Assembly: GCA_028723145.1 (NCBI GenBank)
Contig: JAQYFM010000119.1
Span: 1-40,129, forward strand
Direction of reading: 5' to 3'
Source of the DNA: Spirochaetales bacterium
GTDB lineage: Bacteria; Spirochaetota; Spirochaetia; Sphaerochaetales; Sphaerochaetaceae
DNA: 40,129 nucleotides
Shown here: piece after piece, positions 1 to 10,653 of the stretch
Layout of the letters: each line of letters begins with the position of its first letter
Position numbering within the stretch: the first letter of the stretch is position 1
Program-made: the position numbers and the translations under genes
The notes under the pieces: model-generated
Seen by the model: only the letters and a program-made list of their open reading frames with translations
What the model was told of the DNA's origin: nothing
The model's database searches: none

Positions 1-153
1 CTTCCTGCTTTATCTGAAAAGGACTTCACTGTAGATGAAGAAAAAGAAGAAAAGGTTGAAAAGAAAGTTATCATAAAAGAAGAGAGTAATAGCGCTAATA
101 CCGAATTAACAGATGACGATGAAGAGTGGCTAAAAGCTCATGGATTATCATGA
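1..153 (+). CDS. 3' end of a gene entering from the left edge (acidic C-terminus LPALSEKDF...DDDEEWLKAHGLS*), function unknown
   Basis: Frame 1 is open from base 1 to TGA at 151-153 with E/K-rich coding-like composition; overlaps the convergent rnz 3' end by 16 nt. Confidence 0.7.
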   Translation, partial: LPALSEKDFTVDEEKEEKVEKKVIIKEESNSANTELTDDDEEWLKAHGLS

Positions 154-1067
154 TTAGCCACTTCAAAGCTCATTCTATCACGAGTTAAAATAGTTTCAGG
201 AAATACTTCCTTAGCTTCCTCTAACAAAAGCTTTAACTCCTTATCACTATAGCGAGGTGAGTAATGCTGTAAGCATAGCTTCTCAACCTCACCATCTCTT
301 GCAATCATGGCTGCTTGACTAGCAGTCATGTGTTTTTTACTAACAGCATCCTCTAATAAATCATTAGAAAACATTGCTTCACAAAATAAAATATCGGAAG
401 AGCGAACGTAGTCAGAGATTTCAGGGAAATACATGGTATCAGTGACATATGAAAACTTTCTACCCTTCCTCTTTTCTCCTAATATTTCATTTGGATGAAC
501 AACTTCACCTTCTGTATTTATTACATCCTCTCCCTTTTGAAGTTTTCCCCAAAGTGGTCCCTTTGGTACCTTACGATTAATCGCCTTTTCAACATTAAAT
601 TCGCCTGGACGTTCCTTTTCTACAAAAGAGTATCCAAAGCATTGTTTTGTATGCTTTAAAGCAAAACAATTAACATAATATTCTTCACTATCGATTATTA
701 CCCCAGGGTTAACTGGTATAACAGTAATAGGATAGTTAATATACATATCCAAAATCTTCCTATTTGATTCAATGTAATCAGCGAGTCTTGCAGGTCCATA
801 TATGTAGAGAGGCTCTGTTCTATCAACTTGACTAGATAGCATCAATAGTCCAGGAAGCCCAGTTACATGGTCTGCATGCATGTGTGAAATAAAAATAGAA
901 TTAATTTGCTTCCATCTTAAATTTAATAGCTTTAAAGATACTTGGGTGCCCTCTCCACAGTCAAAGAGAAATAACTCTCCCTCTCTGCGAAGTAATGCAC
1001 TAGTTAAAAAACGTCCTGGAAGTGGCATCATACCACTTGTTCCTAAAGAAAATACTTCAAAGCTCAT
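138..1067 (-). CDS. rnz: Ribonuclease Z (tRNA 3' processing, MBL fold)
   Basis: LGTSG..P, LFDCGEGTQ, ISHMHADHVTGLPG (HxHxDH), exosite GPLWGKLQKG, YVTDT, HMTA, HYSPRY. Confidence 0.95.
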   Translation of the reverse strand: MSFEVFSLGTSGMMPLPGRFLTSALLRREGELFLFDCGEGTQVSLKLLNLRWKQINSIFISHMHADHVTGLPGLLMLSSQVDRTEPLYIYGPARLADYIESNRKILDMYINYPITVIPVNPGVIIDSEEYYVNCFALKHTKQCFGYSFVEKERPGEFNVEKAINRKVPKGPLWGKLQKGEDVINTEGEVVHPNEILGEKRKGRKFSYVTDTMYFPEISDYVRSSDILFCEAMFSNDLLEDAVSKKHMTASQAAMIARDGEVEKLCLQHYSPRYSDKELKLLLEEAKEVFPETILTRDRMSFEVANHDNP

Positions 1068-1106
1068 AGAAAGATATTAAATAAAAACTCCATTATGTTA
1101 CAAGGC

Positions 1107-2237
1107 TTAAAGTGCTGCTTTAATATCACTAAAGATCATCTTTTTGAGAGAAAATCTTAATGAAATAACAGAAGAGAGTATCAAAGCACCACAAAGTAGC
1201 AATATTGTAGTAATTGGTATCGATACATTAAACGATAATACATAGTTTGATAAAAAAGGATATTTAGTACTATCTAATGATGAAAGAAGTGGAATTATCA
1301 AATATGAAAGTGCTATTCCTAAAACACATCCAACTACTAAAGCGATATTTACAACATTAATTGTAATTTTTCGATAGGCATTAATTACCTCGTCCTTTTT
1401 TACCCCAAGAAGTAATATACCAGCTATATCCCTTCTATCACGCTCAACATATTCACTTGAAATAGAAATTGAAAAGAAGCCCGCTAAAATGCCAACCAAG
1501 ATAACAATTGCATCAAGTAATGACACAGATCGAATTATATTTTCATATATAGAATAGTAAATTGTTTTATATGAGGCTGCTTTTATTCCACATTCTTTAA
1601 TTTGTTTTAGTACCTCATCTTCTCTTGAGGTATAAATTTCATATGAAATATTTCCATCAACCATTTTTCTTGGTGCAAATGCAAGGTGAGAGTCAAATTC
1701 ACCATAACCTGAGTGGTATAAGCCAGAGATAAAACAATAAACCGGTCTAGCCCTTCCTTCTTCTTTATCAAATATTAATACCGATACTTTATCACCTAGG
1801 CTAACACTAAGAGAATTTGCGATGGTTTTTGATAAATATACACTATTAAGTGTTGTATTGTTTTCAACTGTTTCTAAGTTTAATTTGTCAACTTTTTCTT
1901 CAAAAAAGTAATCACTACCAACACCCTTTAAATTAATTAGTGCAGTGGATGAAGAGCTTGCAATCATTGCAGAAGCAGAAGAGACTTCAAATACTTTTTC
2001 ATCCTCCTTAAAGACTATGTCTTCAAGAGAGGAATAAGCAGTAATATTACCACTTCCAAGGTATACTAATGTATCCTCAATAGCCTTTGACATTGATGAG
2101 ACAAAAATAAGCGCAAATACTAACACCACCATAATAAATACTATTAACAGTGATGGTAAATACGACTTTATTATCCACGAAAGAGATTGGTTTCTTCCCG
2201 TCTTTCGTTCGCAATAACTCTTTGATGCCTCATTCAT
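1107..2237 (-). CDS. FtsX/LolC-E-like ABC transporter permease
   Basis: One N-terminal TM, periplasmic region with ISGLYHSGYGEFD, three C-terminal TMs; flanks LolD-like ATPase. Confidence 0.75.
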   Translation of the reverse strand: MNEASKSYCERKTGRNQSLSWIIKSYLPSLLIVFIMVVLVFALIFVSSMSKAIEDTLVYLGSGNITAYSSLEDIVFKEDEKVFEVSSASAMIASSSSTALINLKGVGSDYFFEEKVDKLNLETVENNTTLNSVYLSKTIANSLSVSLGDKVSVLIFDKEEGRARPVYCFISGLYHSGYGEFDSHLAFAPRKMVDGNISYEIYTSREDEVLKQIKECGIKAASYKTIYYSIYENIIRSVSLLDAIVILVGILAGFFSISISSEYVERDRRDIAGILLLGVKKDEVINAYRKITINVVNIALVVGCVLGIALSYLIIPLLSSLDSTKYPFLSNYVLSFNVSIPITTILLLCGALILSSVISLRFSLKKMIFSDIKAAL

Positions 2238-2914
2238 ACAAGTGTTAATCCCTTATGTTCTAGTACATATTTTAACTGACACATAGATGCAAAATCAGGA
2301 TTATGAGTTACAAGCACCAATGCAGTATTACGGTCAATAGTTGCTTTTAATAGTAGGCTTTCAATCAACACAGCACTCTCCTCATCTAGTGCACCTGTTG
2401 GTTCATCTGCAAAGATAACATCTGGTTCAGTAATTAATGCTCTTGCAATGGCAGTTCGTTGTCTCTCTCCACCACTTAGCGCTTTAGGTCTATGACTAAA
2501 TCTTTTTTCTAAGCCTAGCTGGGAAAGCAAATCCTTAGCCTTTTCCTCTGCTTCTTTCTTTTTCTTTCCAATGTTTAATAGTGGAAACATTACATTTTCT
2601 AAGGCAGAGAAATCCTCTAATAGTAAACTATTTTGAAATACAAAGCCCATTGAATGAGCTCTAATTGAACTAATCTCATTATCCTTTAAAGAGCTACAAT
2701 CCTTACCACGGTAAAGCACTCTACCACTATTTGGTTTATCAATTAAAGCAGCAATTGATAATAGTGTACTCTTACCAGAACCACTTCTACCTACAATTGA
2801 AACGCTTTCTCCTGCATTTACGCATAGGTTTATATCTTTTAATATCTCCAGCTTTCCATCAGCACTATCAAAGCACTTAGCAATGTTTTCTAGTTTTAAT
2901 ACTTCATCTATCAT
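2234..2914 (-). CDS. lolD: LolD-like ABC transporter ATP-binding protein
   Basis: Walker A GRSGSGKST, GFVFQ, LSGGERQR, ADEPTGALD, LVTHN. Confidence 0.85.
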   Translation of the reverse strand: MIDEVLKLENIAKCFDSADGKLEILKDINLCVNAGESVSIVGRSGSGKSTLLSIAALIDKPNSGRVLYRGKDCSSLKDNEISSIRAHSMGFVFQNSLLLEDFSALENVMFPLLNIGKKKKEAEEKAKDLLSQLGLEKRFSHRPKALSGGERQRTAIARALITEPDVIFADEPTGALDEESAVLIESLLLKATIDRNTALVLVTHNPDFASMCQLKYVLEHKGLTLV

Positions 2915-4017
2915 ATTGTATTTATAACCTCTCTTAAGTTTTTCTGCTTAAGCTCTCTTAAAAAGGCCCATACATAAACAATTACACAGTAAAGTGTAAA
3001 TATTATAAATACATAAGGTATTGCAGAAATATCTAATTTCAAAGTGCCTTTAGCAAAAATTGGCATAAAATAAGGAACTGCAGTTAAAAAGATTTTAGCA
3101 CCTAATAAACCAAAGGCAAAAGATATTGACGAAAGTAATAGTGCAACTCCGGTTGCAATTAACTTTATATCATTCTTGGTATACCCAATTAGGTAAAGAG
3201 CTGAAAGTTCATTTTTCTTTAAAGAAGCAAAACCACATGCATTTTGAAAAACTTGAACAGCAATAATAATGTAAAGGCTCATAAGTAAAAGACTCATTAC
3301 CTTTTTTTCAATAAGCATAGCACCATAAAGGGAAGCTTCGCTCTCCTTCCAAGTTATTACTCTTCCAATATTTAAGTCAGTTGCTATATTTTCCATTTCA
3401 CTTTCACTAATAGAAAAAGGAATGAAAGCAATATACATTGGACTATTATCAGGAGCATCCTCAAATGGTAAAAAGATATTCGAACTATCAAACTCACTAC
3501 CTAGAGAGGTTTGAAATAAACCAAAACTAGTGTATTCCTTAGTCTTAGGAGCAAACCTAGCAACCTTACCTTTCTCAAGTGTAGTTAATAAAACACTACT
3601 CCCCTTATTCGAGTAATACAGTCTATAAGGTATTAATAATCCTTCTCCAATCTTACTTGAGGTAACAAGTCCACCTTCATAATCTTTTGTTATGTATCGA
3701 ATGTTAACAGCAGCTTCACTATTTCCAACTTTTAATAGTCCTTCTCCTGTTTTATATGCAAATACTATTGCTTTATCAAATAAGCTATCCGATAGTGCTT
3801 GAATATCTATTTCACTCTCAGCCTTTACTGTAACAGGAAAAGATCTAATTTTTTTTATATATTTAAAACGGCCACTTTGTAAGTGGTCCATTATTGAAAG
3901 GACACAAAGTAAAACCATAGTAGAAAAGCAAAGGCCAACCATTATTCTAATTGTCCTTGATTTTTCTTTTTTACTTGAAGTAAAGAGGTATCTAAAAACT
4001 ATTTTGCTTCTTTTCAT
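2911..4017 (-). CDS. FtsX/LolC-E-like ABC transporter permease
   Basis: N-terminal TM, 'TWKE...LYGAMLIEKKVM' typical of LolC/E, C-terminal TMs; overlaps lolD start. Confidence 0.75.
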   Translation of the reverse strand: MKRSKIVFRYLFTSSKKEKSRTIRIMVGLCFSTMVLLCVLSIMDHLQSGRFKYIKKIRSFPVTVKAESEIDIQALSDSLFDKAIVFAYKTGEGLLKVGNSEAAVNIRYITKDYEGGLVTSSKIGEGLLIPYRLYYSNKGSSVLLTTLEKGKVARFAPKTKEYTSFGLFQTSLGSEFDSSNIFLPFEDAPDNSPMYIAFIPFSISESEMENIATDLNIGRVITWKESEASLYGAMLIEKKVMSLLLMSLYIIIAVQVFQNACGFASLKKNELSALYLIGYTKNDIKLIATGVALLLSSISFAFGLLGAKIFLTAVPYFMPIFAKGTLKLDISAIPYVFIIFTLYCVIVYVWAFLRELKQKNLREVINTI

Positions 4018-4910
4018 AATACCTTTACCTCCAAAGCACGCTTAGAATCTATATCGTACTTTACCTTAGCATAAGCTTTATTTTGTCTATATACAATTTC
4101 ATATATTCCATCTTGATTGATAGTTCTAACACTCTTTAATTCATTATCTTGATAAGTAGTAATTACCTTTTCTTTTTCTTTATACTCAGTAATTACTTCT
4201 TTACTACCTTCCTTAAAAAGCTCTTTTATAAGTTTTTCACCATCATAAAAATACTCAGTAGTTGAAAGGATTTGTTCGTTATCAAAAAATGTTCTCTTTA
4301 GAACTTGTCCATTTAAAGCATAAATTGTTTCTTCTGCTTTATCACGCACAACGATTTTATCACTATCGCTATTAATGGCTCTATCATCACTCTTTTTAAC
4401 CATTAGGTTATTAATAATTTTAATGCTACTATCTTGATTTCCTTCACTATATGAATAAGTATCACTTGAAGTGTAGAAAATATTACCATCCTCAAAAAAA
4501 GCTGTTAGTGCTGAATCCTTTGAATAATTATAGTTAGTAATAGAAGAAATAGCTTCATCCATAAGAGTAATTTTTCTCTTTAATACTCCACTAGAAGAGT
4601 ATTCATACCTTTCCTCTAATGTATAATCGTTATATTTTGTTACTATTTTTTCAGGAGCAGAAAGACCATAGTAGGTAGTAGTCACACCATCTTCCTCTAC
4701 AGTCTTTTTATCATCCTCGATAGTAACCTTCTTTATCTCTTTTTTATCAAGATATAAGGTTTCAACATTGTTTGAAACTTCTAGAACATAGCCATCACAA
4801 AGGTTGTCAACAACACCATACTTTTGCATAAGAATATTGCTCTCATAGTAGAGGGCAAATATTGGTGATAATGCAAATAGCATGGTTATGGTGATGACTA
4901 GACGTTTCAT
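4014..4910 (-). CDS. Exported hypothetical protein with beta-hairpin (YD/MORN-like) repeats
   Basis: Signal peptide [19 protein letters not shown]; repeated 'YEYSSSGVLKR', 'EYFYDGEKLIKE' units. Confidence 0.6.
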   Translation of the reverse strand: MKRLVITITMLFALSPIFALYYESNILMQKYGVVDNLCDGYVLEVSNNVETLYLDKKEIKKVTIEDDKKTVEEDGVTTTYYGLSAPEKIVTKYNDYTLEERYEYSSSGVLKRKITLMDEAISSITNYNYSKDSALTAFFEDGNIFYTSSDTYSYSEGNQDSSIKIINNLMVKKSDDRAINSDSDKIVVRDKAEETIYALNGQVLKRTFFDNEQILSTTEYFYDGEKLIKELFKEGSKEVITEYKEKEKVITTYQDNELKSVRTINQDGIYEIVYRQNKAYAKVKYDIDSKRALEVKVL

Positions 4911-5785
4911 TAATTTTCTTTTCCGACTAACGCGTTCAAGAACTCCTCTTTATCAAATGGATGGATATCTTTATAGGTTTCACCTGTTCCAACAAATGCA
5001 ACAGGAAGTCCTAGTTGCTGTCCAATTTGTACGAGAGCACCGCCCTTTGCAGCTGAATCATACTTTGAAAGTATTACACCATCAACTTTAACAGCTTCAT
5101 TGAAAAGAAGAGTTTGAGAAAGCCCATTTTGACCTGTAGTAGAGTCAATAACTATAAGCTTTTTATAGTTCTCTTCCTTTACTCCACGGTTTGCAATAAT
5201 TTTATTAATCTTTTGAAGTTCCCTCATAAGATTTTCTTTATTATGCATTCTACCAGCTGTATCAACTAAGATAATTTCATCGCCTTGAGATTGTGCTGAG
5301 GTAATAGCATCATAAACGACTGCACCTGGATCAGAGCCTGTCTTTTGCTTTACAATTCTGATTCCTAAACGGTCTGCATGGATATCAAGTTGGTCTACAG
5401 CTGCAGCACGGAAGGTATCAGCAGCAGCAAGCATTACCTTATATCCCTTATCAACGTAGTATTGAGCAATTTTGGCAATTGAAGTTGTCTTACCTACTCC
5501 ATTAACACCCAAAACTAAGAATATTGTTAGCTCACCTTTTTTAGGTACAAAATCAAAGCAATTAACATATGGGGAAAGAATATCCTTCATCAAAAGCTGT
5601 AAATCTTCAACGGTTTTAGCTCTTTCCTCTTTAGCCGCCTTTCTCAATGTTTCAATTACTTCATCAGTTAAGCGTGCTCCAAGATCACCTTCTATCAATG
5701 TATCCTCAAGCTCTTCAAAGAATGCTTCATCAATTTTTCTTGAGGTAAATAAACTTTTTAATTTTTCTTTAAACTTTTTAAACAT
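4910..5785 (-). CDS. ftsY: Signal recognition particle receptor FtsY
   Basis: [42 protein letters not shown]. Confidence 0.95.
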   Translation of the reverse strand: MFKKFKEKLKSLFTSRKIDEAFFEELEDTLIEGDLGARLTDEVIETLRKAAKEERAKTVEDLQLLMKDILSPYVNCFDFVPKKGELTIFLVLGVNGVGKTTSIAKIAQYYVDKGYKVMLAAADTFRAAAVDQLDIHADRLGIRIVKQKTGSDPGAVVYDAITSAQSQGDEIILVDTAGRMHNKENLMRELQKINKIIANRGVKEENYKKLIVIDSTTGQNGLSQTLLFNEAVKVDGVILSKYDSAAKGGALVQIGQQLGLPVAFVGTGETYKDIHPFDKEEFLNALVGKEN

Positions 5786-6918
5786 TATAGGTATGTCTCC
5801 TTAGCCCTATTGTAATAATTCGTACAAGATTTAATTAACTCAATCAAGTTTACAATACTAACTCCTGCAGTTGCAACTTCCATTACCTTTCCAAAAGCAC
5901 CAATATCACTATTAATGTTATTTACAGACTTTGAAATTGCATAGAGAGAGAAGCTTAAAAAAGTATTTCTAAGACAGCGATAAAACTCATCCTTCTCACT
6001 CTTTAATCTTCCACTATCTTTAACCCAAGTTGGTTTTAAATAAAGAGCATTAATACTATCTCTTGAGTTATCTAACTGGAATGTAGATCCACTAAAACCT
6101 TCTTTATTTAGAGATAAAATAATATCGCTTTCATTTGAAGTTACACAAAGAGGAAGAGAAGTTTTTTCTATTGCAAAAATTGATAATGACGCATCGTATG
6201 GAATTGAGAAAATGAGTTGAGTATGGTTTTCTAATGGTTTTTCTTCTTTGAGAAACTCAAAGACTTTACCACTTTCTAGCTCAATATCCTGCCCCTTATA
6301 CTCCTTTAATGATACATCAACTGCAGTAAGCGTTCCTTCTTCGCTAATAAAAGCAACATCAGGATAGTATAAAGAAGCAATACTAAGTAATATTCCATCA
6401 TAAAAGGATGGCCTTTCATTTGTAAGATATACAGTATCAATTAAAGGCTTAATATCTCCATCATAGCAAAATACATTAATAAAGCTTAAAGCACCATCAA
6501 TTTCACTACTATAACAAACGAGTAAATCAAGGTCATTATAATTTAAGATGTAATCAAGGACTACTTTATCTTGCGCAAAAACACTATCGTGTAAAGAAGA
6601 TGGAACAGTTGCAGCTACTTTATCTACACTAGAAAAAGGTTCATATGTAAATGTTTTTCTCTCAACATTTATATTTTCTTTTCCTAATTCCTTATGGATT
6701 CTCAAGTCCTCTTGCTTTTCAAAACTATTTTTAAGTCTTTCTTCGCACAAACTATCAAGGAATTGAGAGCGTACATTACTAGCAATGATATTACTAAAAG
6801 CGCTCATAAAATCTTCACTAATATCATTTGGTACATTATAAAACCCAACTCTCAGCGTCGTAGCTGAGAGTGGTAACAAAATGATAAAAATCAAGATTAT
6901 GAGAGCAAACTTTCTCAA
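5785..6918 (-). CDS. Exported/membrane hypothetical protein, possible degenerate PEGA domain
   Basis: Signal peptide; 'FSIPYDASLSIF...LPL...LSLNKEGF' resembles PEGA; C-terminal hydrophobic helices. Confidence 0.55.
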   Translation of the reverse strand: MRKFALIILIFIILLPLSATTLRVGFYNVPNDISEDFMSAFSNIIASNVRSQFLDSLCEERLKNSFEKQEDLRIHKELGKENINVERKTFTYEPFSSVDKVAATVPSSLHDSVFAQDKVVLDYILNYNDLDLLVCYSSEIDGALSFINVFCYDGDIKPLIDTVYLTNERPSFYDGILLSIASLYYPDVAFISEEGTLTAVDVSLKEYKGQDIELESGKVFEFLKEEKPLENHTQLIFSIPYDASLSIFAIEKTSLPLCVTSNESDIILSLNKEGFSGSTFQLDNSRDSINALYLKPTWVKDSGRLKSEKDEFYRCLRNTFLSFSLYAISKSVNNINSDIGAFGKVMEVATAGVSIVNLIELIKSCTNYYNRAKETYL

Positions 6919-8019
6919 CCGTTTTGTTCCTTATTCCAGTTAAGATATGTCTCGATAAAGGTATCGAGTTCACCATCCATTACAGCATTGATATTACCAA
7001 CCTGCACACCTGTTCTGTGGTCTTTTACCATTGTATATGGCTGGAAGACATAAGATCTAATTTGAGAACCCCATGCAATATCCTTTTTTGCTATAGCATT
7101 CTTCTGATGCTCCTCTTCTCTTTGCTTCTGATAGTACTCATAGAGTCTAGAACGAAGCATTTTAAAAGCAACATCCTTATTCATGAACTGGCTTCTCTCA
7201 TTTTGACACTGTACAACAATACCTGTTGCATAGTGAGTAATTCTAACAGCTGAGTCAGTTTTGTTTACGTGCTGTCCACCTGCACCACCTGCACGATAGG
7301 TATCAAGGCGGTAATCCTCAGGTTTAAGTTCGATCTCAATATCATCATCGATGACTGGAGATGCGTAAACACTTGTAAATGAAGTATGACGTCTCTTTTG
7401 GGCATCAAATGGTGATATTCTAACTAATCTATGAACACCTGCTTCACCCTTTAGATAGCCAAAAGCATAAGCGCCACTTACTCTAACTGTTGCACTCTTA
7501 ATTCCACCTTCATCTTCAAGTAAATCAAGAATTTCACTCTTAAAGCCATGGCGTTCACACCATCTAAGATACATTCTTAATAGCATGTTTGCCCAGTCGC
7601 AAGCTTCAGTACCACCTGCACCAGCATGAATTGATAAGAACATATCATTTTTATCAAATTTACCATCAAGTAAAGTTTTAAGCTTTAATGGATGGAACTT
7701 TTTATCAAGCTCATCAATTTGAGAACAAATCTCCTCTTCAATTTGAGGATCCTCCTCAGATGAATACATCTCAATAAGCTCTTCAATATCTTTTATTTCT
7801 TGGATCAAATCCTTCCAAGGATAATAACTATCTTTTAATGCATTTAATTCAGCAAATACTTTCTCTGCACTCTGTTTATCATCCCAGAATCCAGGCTCTA
7901 AAGTTTTTGCTTCAGTTTCAGCTATCTTTGATTCAATATCAGAGGCTTCAAAGACGCCTCCATACGTTATAAGCTTCTTCCTTTACGGTATCAAAAACAG
8001 ATTTATTGTGTAAAAACAT
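6915..8019 (-). CDS. prfB: Peptide chain release factor 2 with programmed +1 frameshift (about 367 aa)
   Basis: ATG at 8019 after AAGGAG; 23 codons to GGAGG-CGT-CTT-TGA (CTT 7953-7951, TGA 7950-7948); +1 frame continues (PGFWDD) into the ORF with SPF and GGQ motifs. Confidence 0.95.
7947..7961 (-). promoter_or_regulatory. prfB frameshift cassette (internal SD GGAGG, 3-nt spacer, CTT TGA A)
   Basis: Minus strand TGG AGG CGT CTT TGA A matches the established RF2 autoregulatory site. Confidence 0.93.
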
Positions 8020-9844
8020 TCTTTTTCTCCTTGTTATCAATAATTCTAGTAATAATATTAAATGTATATACGCTATCCTTCTTAATGTCTAGCTTAAAAG
8101 TAAGGTTTGCCTTTGTGTATAGGTAGAACTGCTCTGATCCTAAAGTGGTAACTTCACTTTGGAATCTATTTTCTTCTTTAACTGAAAAATCAGAATTACT
8201 TGAAAATGAAAGTAGTACAGAACGAAGAGAGTCTGAGAACCTAACATTTCTAATATCGGTTAGTGATTCCCCCATTAAAGGTCCTCTCTTTTGGTCATAG
8301 CTAAAAGCATATGCCCCGGGAAGAGTAAAGTATACGGTTGAATCATATTCACCAATAATATCTTTTTCCCCAGTGTTATATATGCTTACAGTTAAACACA
8401 TATTGCCACTAGTCATCTTGTAGTGCTTTGTAATTTGGAAATTATCCTTTTCGAGTGAGAAATTATATTCACACTTTCCTTTTCCTACACTTTCAAAGTC
8501 AAATACCTCATCTTTGAGGTTATACTCAACTCCATTTATTTTAATGTTTTCAACAAAAGATCTTCTCTTTTCTTGGCGAATACTATCCTTTCTCCAAGCT
8601 GAAACTGTATCAAAAACATTAATTAATAATTCTCTAGAGGAATATTCATGTAAGCTTGCTCCTCTAGGAGCAAATACAGCAGAAGAATTTTTTCCATAGC
8701 AGATTATCTCGTCGATACCGTCATCATCTAAATCTCTAGGAATAGAACGTTGAGTATTATCATAGTACATGAAATCACAATCAAGAAGAGTATTATAATA
8801 TGCTCTATGCTCACTCAATCGTAAATTAGAAGCATTAGTATCACAGAGGAAAAGTGTTCCACCTGGAATTGTTGAAAGTCTATCAGAAATACTCTTTTTT
8901 AATACTCTATCCTTTTTGCATTCGCTAAGGAGTTCTGATAAATGAACTACTCTATTAATGTAATAACGAAGATTTCCATCTCGAACCAAGACTTCCGGAA
9001 AGCTCCTAAGCGAACCTGCAGAGGCATCTCGACCATACCAACCATATTCAAGGTAGCCAACTTCTGTTGCTAAAATATCCTTAGGCATTATTATCTCAGC
9101 ATTACGCTTTAATGCCTCTTCGAAAATGGCTGTAAATAAAGATGAAAGTCTTTCATCATCTTCTCTGTTATATGAAGCACCTTGACAAAGCTGGTCAAGA
9201 TTTATCATATAAATTAGTTCTTCATCATCTCCTGCATTATTAACCATTTCTAACATCTGATTTAATAAATCATCAAAAGAAATTTCATTTTGGCCATACA
9301 TACTAACAAGCCTTGAAGCACTATCTGCAGCAGGAATTACATCGATTCGCTTTCCTAACTCAGTCATTCTAAAAGGTCCAGTTGCATATACTTTTTTATT
9401 TATTGCGTTATATGATGAAATAACTAGTCTATCTAGTGCTACAGTTTTCATTGTACTAACTAATGAAGGAGACCAAATTTCTCCATAGCACCAAAGAGTT
9501 GTTGCACGTACACCATAAGTTCTTCTAATTAATGTAGTATTTCTATCGATAATTTGAGCTCTATCTTTAACTTGCATTAAAGGAAGAATTGTTTGGTTAT
9601 ACGCGCTCGTGAATATCTCCACTCTGCAATTTTTAGCAAGAGTGGAGATTAATAAATTCACTTCAGGACTACTCTGCGCCATGTACTTAATCATGGCGCT
9701 AGAGAGCGAGAAGCTTATCGAAACATCCTTATTATTGTATACATACGTAAATACAGGTTTTATTATGCACCCTAGTGCCCGCTTATATACAGCAGGAGGA
9801 AGGGCTGCTGATGTCTGTGTATACAGACCAAGGACTAGCTTCAA
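8003..9844 (-). CDS. GH57 alpha-amylase/4-alpha-glucanotransferase-like protein (DUF1926-type C-terminus), catalytic motifs degenerate
   Basis: 'VEIFTSAYNQTILPLM..KDR..II', 'YGVRATTLWCYGEIWSPSL', 'DLDDDGIDEI', 'PRGASLHE' follow GH57 layout; TTG start 1 nt after rnfB stop. Confidence 0.65.
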   Translation of the reverse strand: MKLVLGLYTQTSAALPPAVYKRALGCIIKPVFTYVYNNKDVSISFSLSSAMIKYMAQSSPEVNLLISTLAKNCRVEIFTSAYNQTILPLMQVKDRAQIIDRNTTLIRRTYGVRATTLWCYGEIWSPSLVSTMKTVALDRLVISSYNAINKKVYATGPFRMTELGKRIDVIPAADSASRLVSMYGQNEISFDDLLNQMLEMVNNAGDDEELIYMINLDQLCQGASYNREDDERLSSLFTAIFEEALKRNAEIIMPKDILATEVGYLEYGWYGRDASAGSLRSFPEVLVRDGNLRYYINRVVHLSELLSECKKDRVLKKSISDRLSTIPGGTLFLCDTNASNLRLSEHRAYYNTLLDCDFMYYDNTQRSIPRDLDDDGIDEIICYGKNSSAVFAPRGASLHEYSSRELLINVFDTVSAWRKDSIRQEKRRSFVENIKINGVEYNLKDEVFDFESVGKGKCEYNFSLEKDNFQITKHYKMTSGNMCLTVSIYNTGEKDIIGEYDSTVYFTLPGAYAFSYDQKRGPLMGESLTDIRNVRFSDSLRSVLLSFSSNSDFSVKEENRFQSEVTTLGSEQFYLYTKANLTFKLDIKKDSVYTFNIITRIIDNKEKKNVFTQ

Positions 9845-9845
9845 A

Positions 9846-10640
9846 TCAACCTCTCTTTACAAAGCACTTCTGAGGACAAGCTTCGCTTGCAGATTCCAAA
9901 TCAGAAGTATCCTTTGAATAATCAATTTTTGAAAGGAAGTTCTCAACTACACACCCAGAAGAAGGAAACTTATTCTGACAAATTTTACAACCAATACAGC
10001 CGACTTGACAATTCTTCTTTACCTTTGCACCAATTTCATGGTTATTACAAGCAACAACCATAGTTGCAGAAGCAGGAATCATCTTAATTACACCAGTAGG
10101 ACATACAGTTGTACACTTCTTACAGCCGATACACTTATCAGGATTTACCTTGATCATATTCTTATCATCACGGTAAATTGCACCTGCAGGACAAACACTC
10201 ATACATGAACCAAGATGGATACAACCTTCCTTACATGCATTAGGACCTGCTTGAACGATATATGCAGCAGCACAATCTTGAATTCCCTTATATTTGAAAG
10301 CTTCTTTAGTTACCTCGCTATTACCATTACAGTGAACGAATGCAACCATTCTTTCTTTACTTTCAACGCTAACACCCATGATTTCACCCATTTTAGCAGC
10401 AAGGGCATTACCACCAGGAGAACAAAGACCAATTTCAGCTTCGCCAGATGTTACAGCGGCTGCATATGCAGCACATCCTGCATAACCACAACCACCACAG
10501 TTAGCACCAGGCATAATACCTTCCATCTTTACAAGCTTAGCATCCTTTTCAACAGCTAATTTTTTATCAGCTATTGCAAGACCTAATCCAAGTAAAAGGC
10601 CGAGGATTGATATTACTAAAATAGCAGCAATAATACTCAT
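9846..10640 (-). CDS. rnfB: Rnf complex subunit B (polyferredoxin)
   Basis: N-terminal TM, MPGANCGGCGYAGC, CIHLGSCMSVCP, CIGCKKCTTVCP. Confidence 0.95.
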   Translation of the reverse strand: MSIIAAILVISILGLLLGLGLAIADKKLAVEKDAKLVKMEGIMPGANCGGCGYAGCAAYAAAVTSGEAEIGLCSPGGNALAAKMGEIMGVSVESKERMVAFVHCNGNSEVTKEAFKYKGIQDCAAAYIVQAGPNACKEGCIHLGSCMSVCPAGAIYRDDKNMIKVNPDKCIGCKKCTTVCPTGVIKMIPASATMVVACNNHEIGAKVKKNCQVGCIGCKICQNKFPSSGCVVENFLSKIDYSKDTSDLESASEACPQKCFVKRG

Positions 10641-10653
10641 TTCTCTTTTCTCC

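Noticed and set aside
6915-7808. prfB as a 297-aa truncated gene, pseudogene or selenocysteine read-through
   Set aside because: The in-frame TGA is the standard RF2 +1 frameshift site with internal SD; full gene starts at 8019
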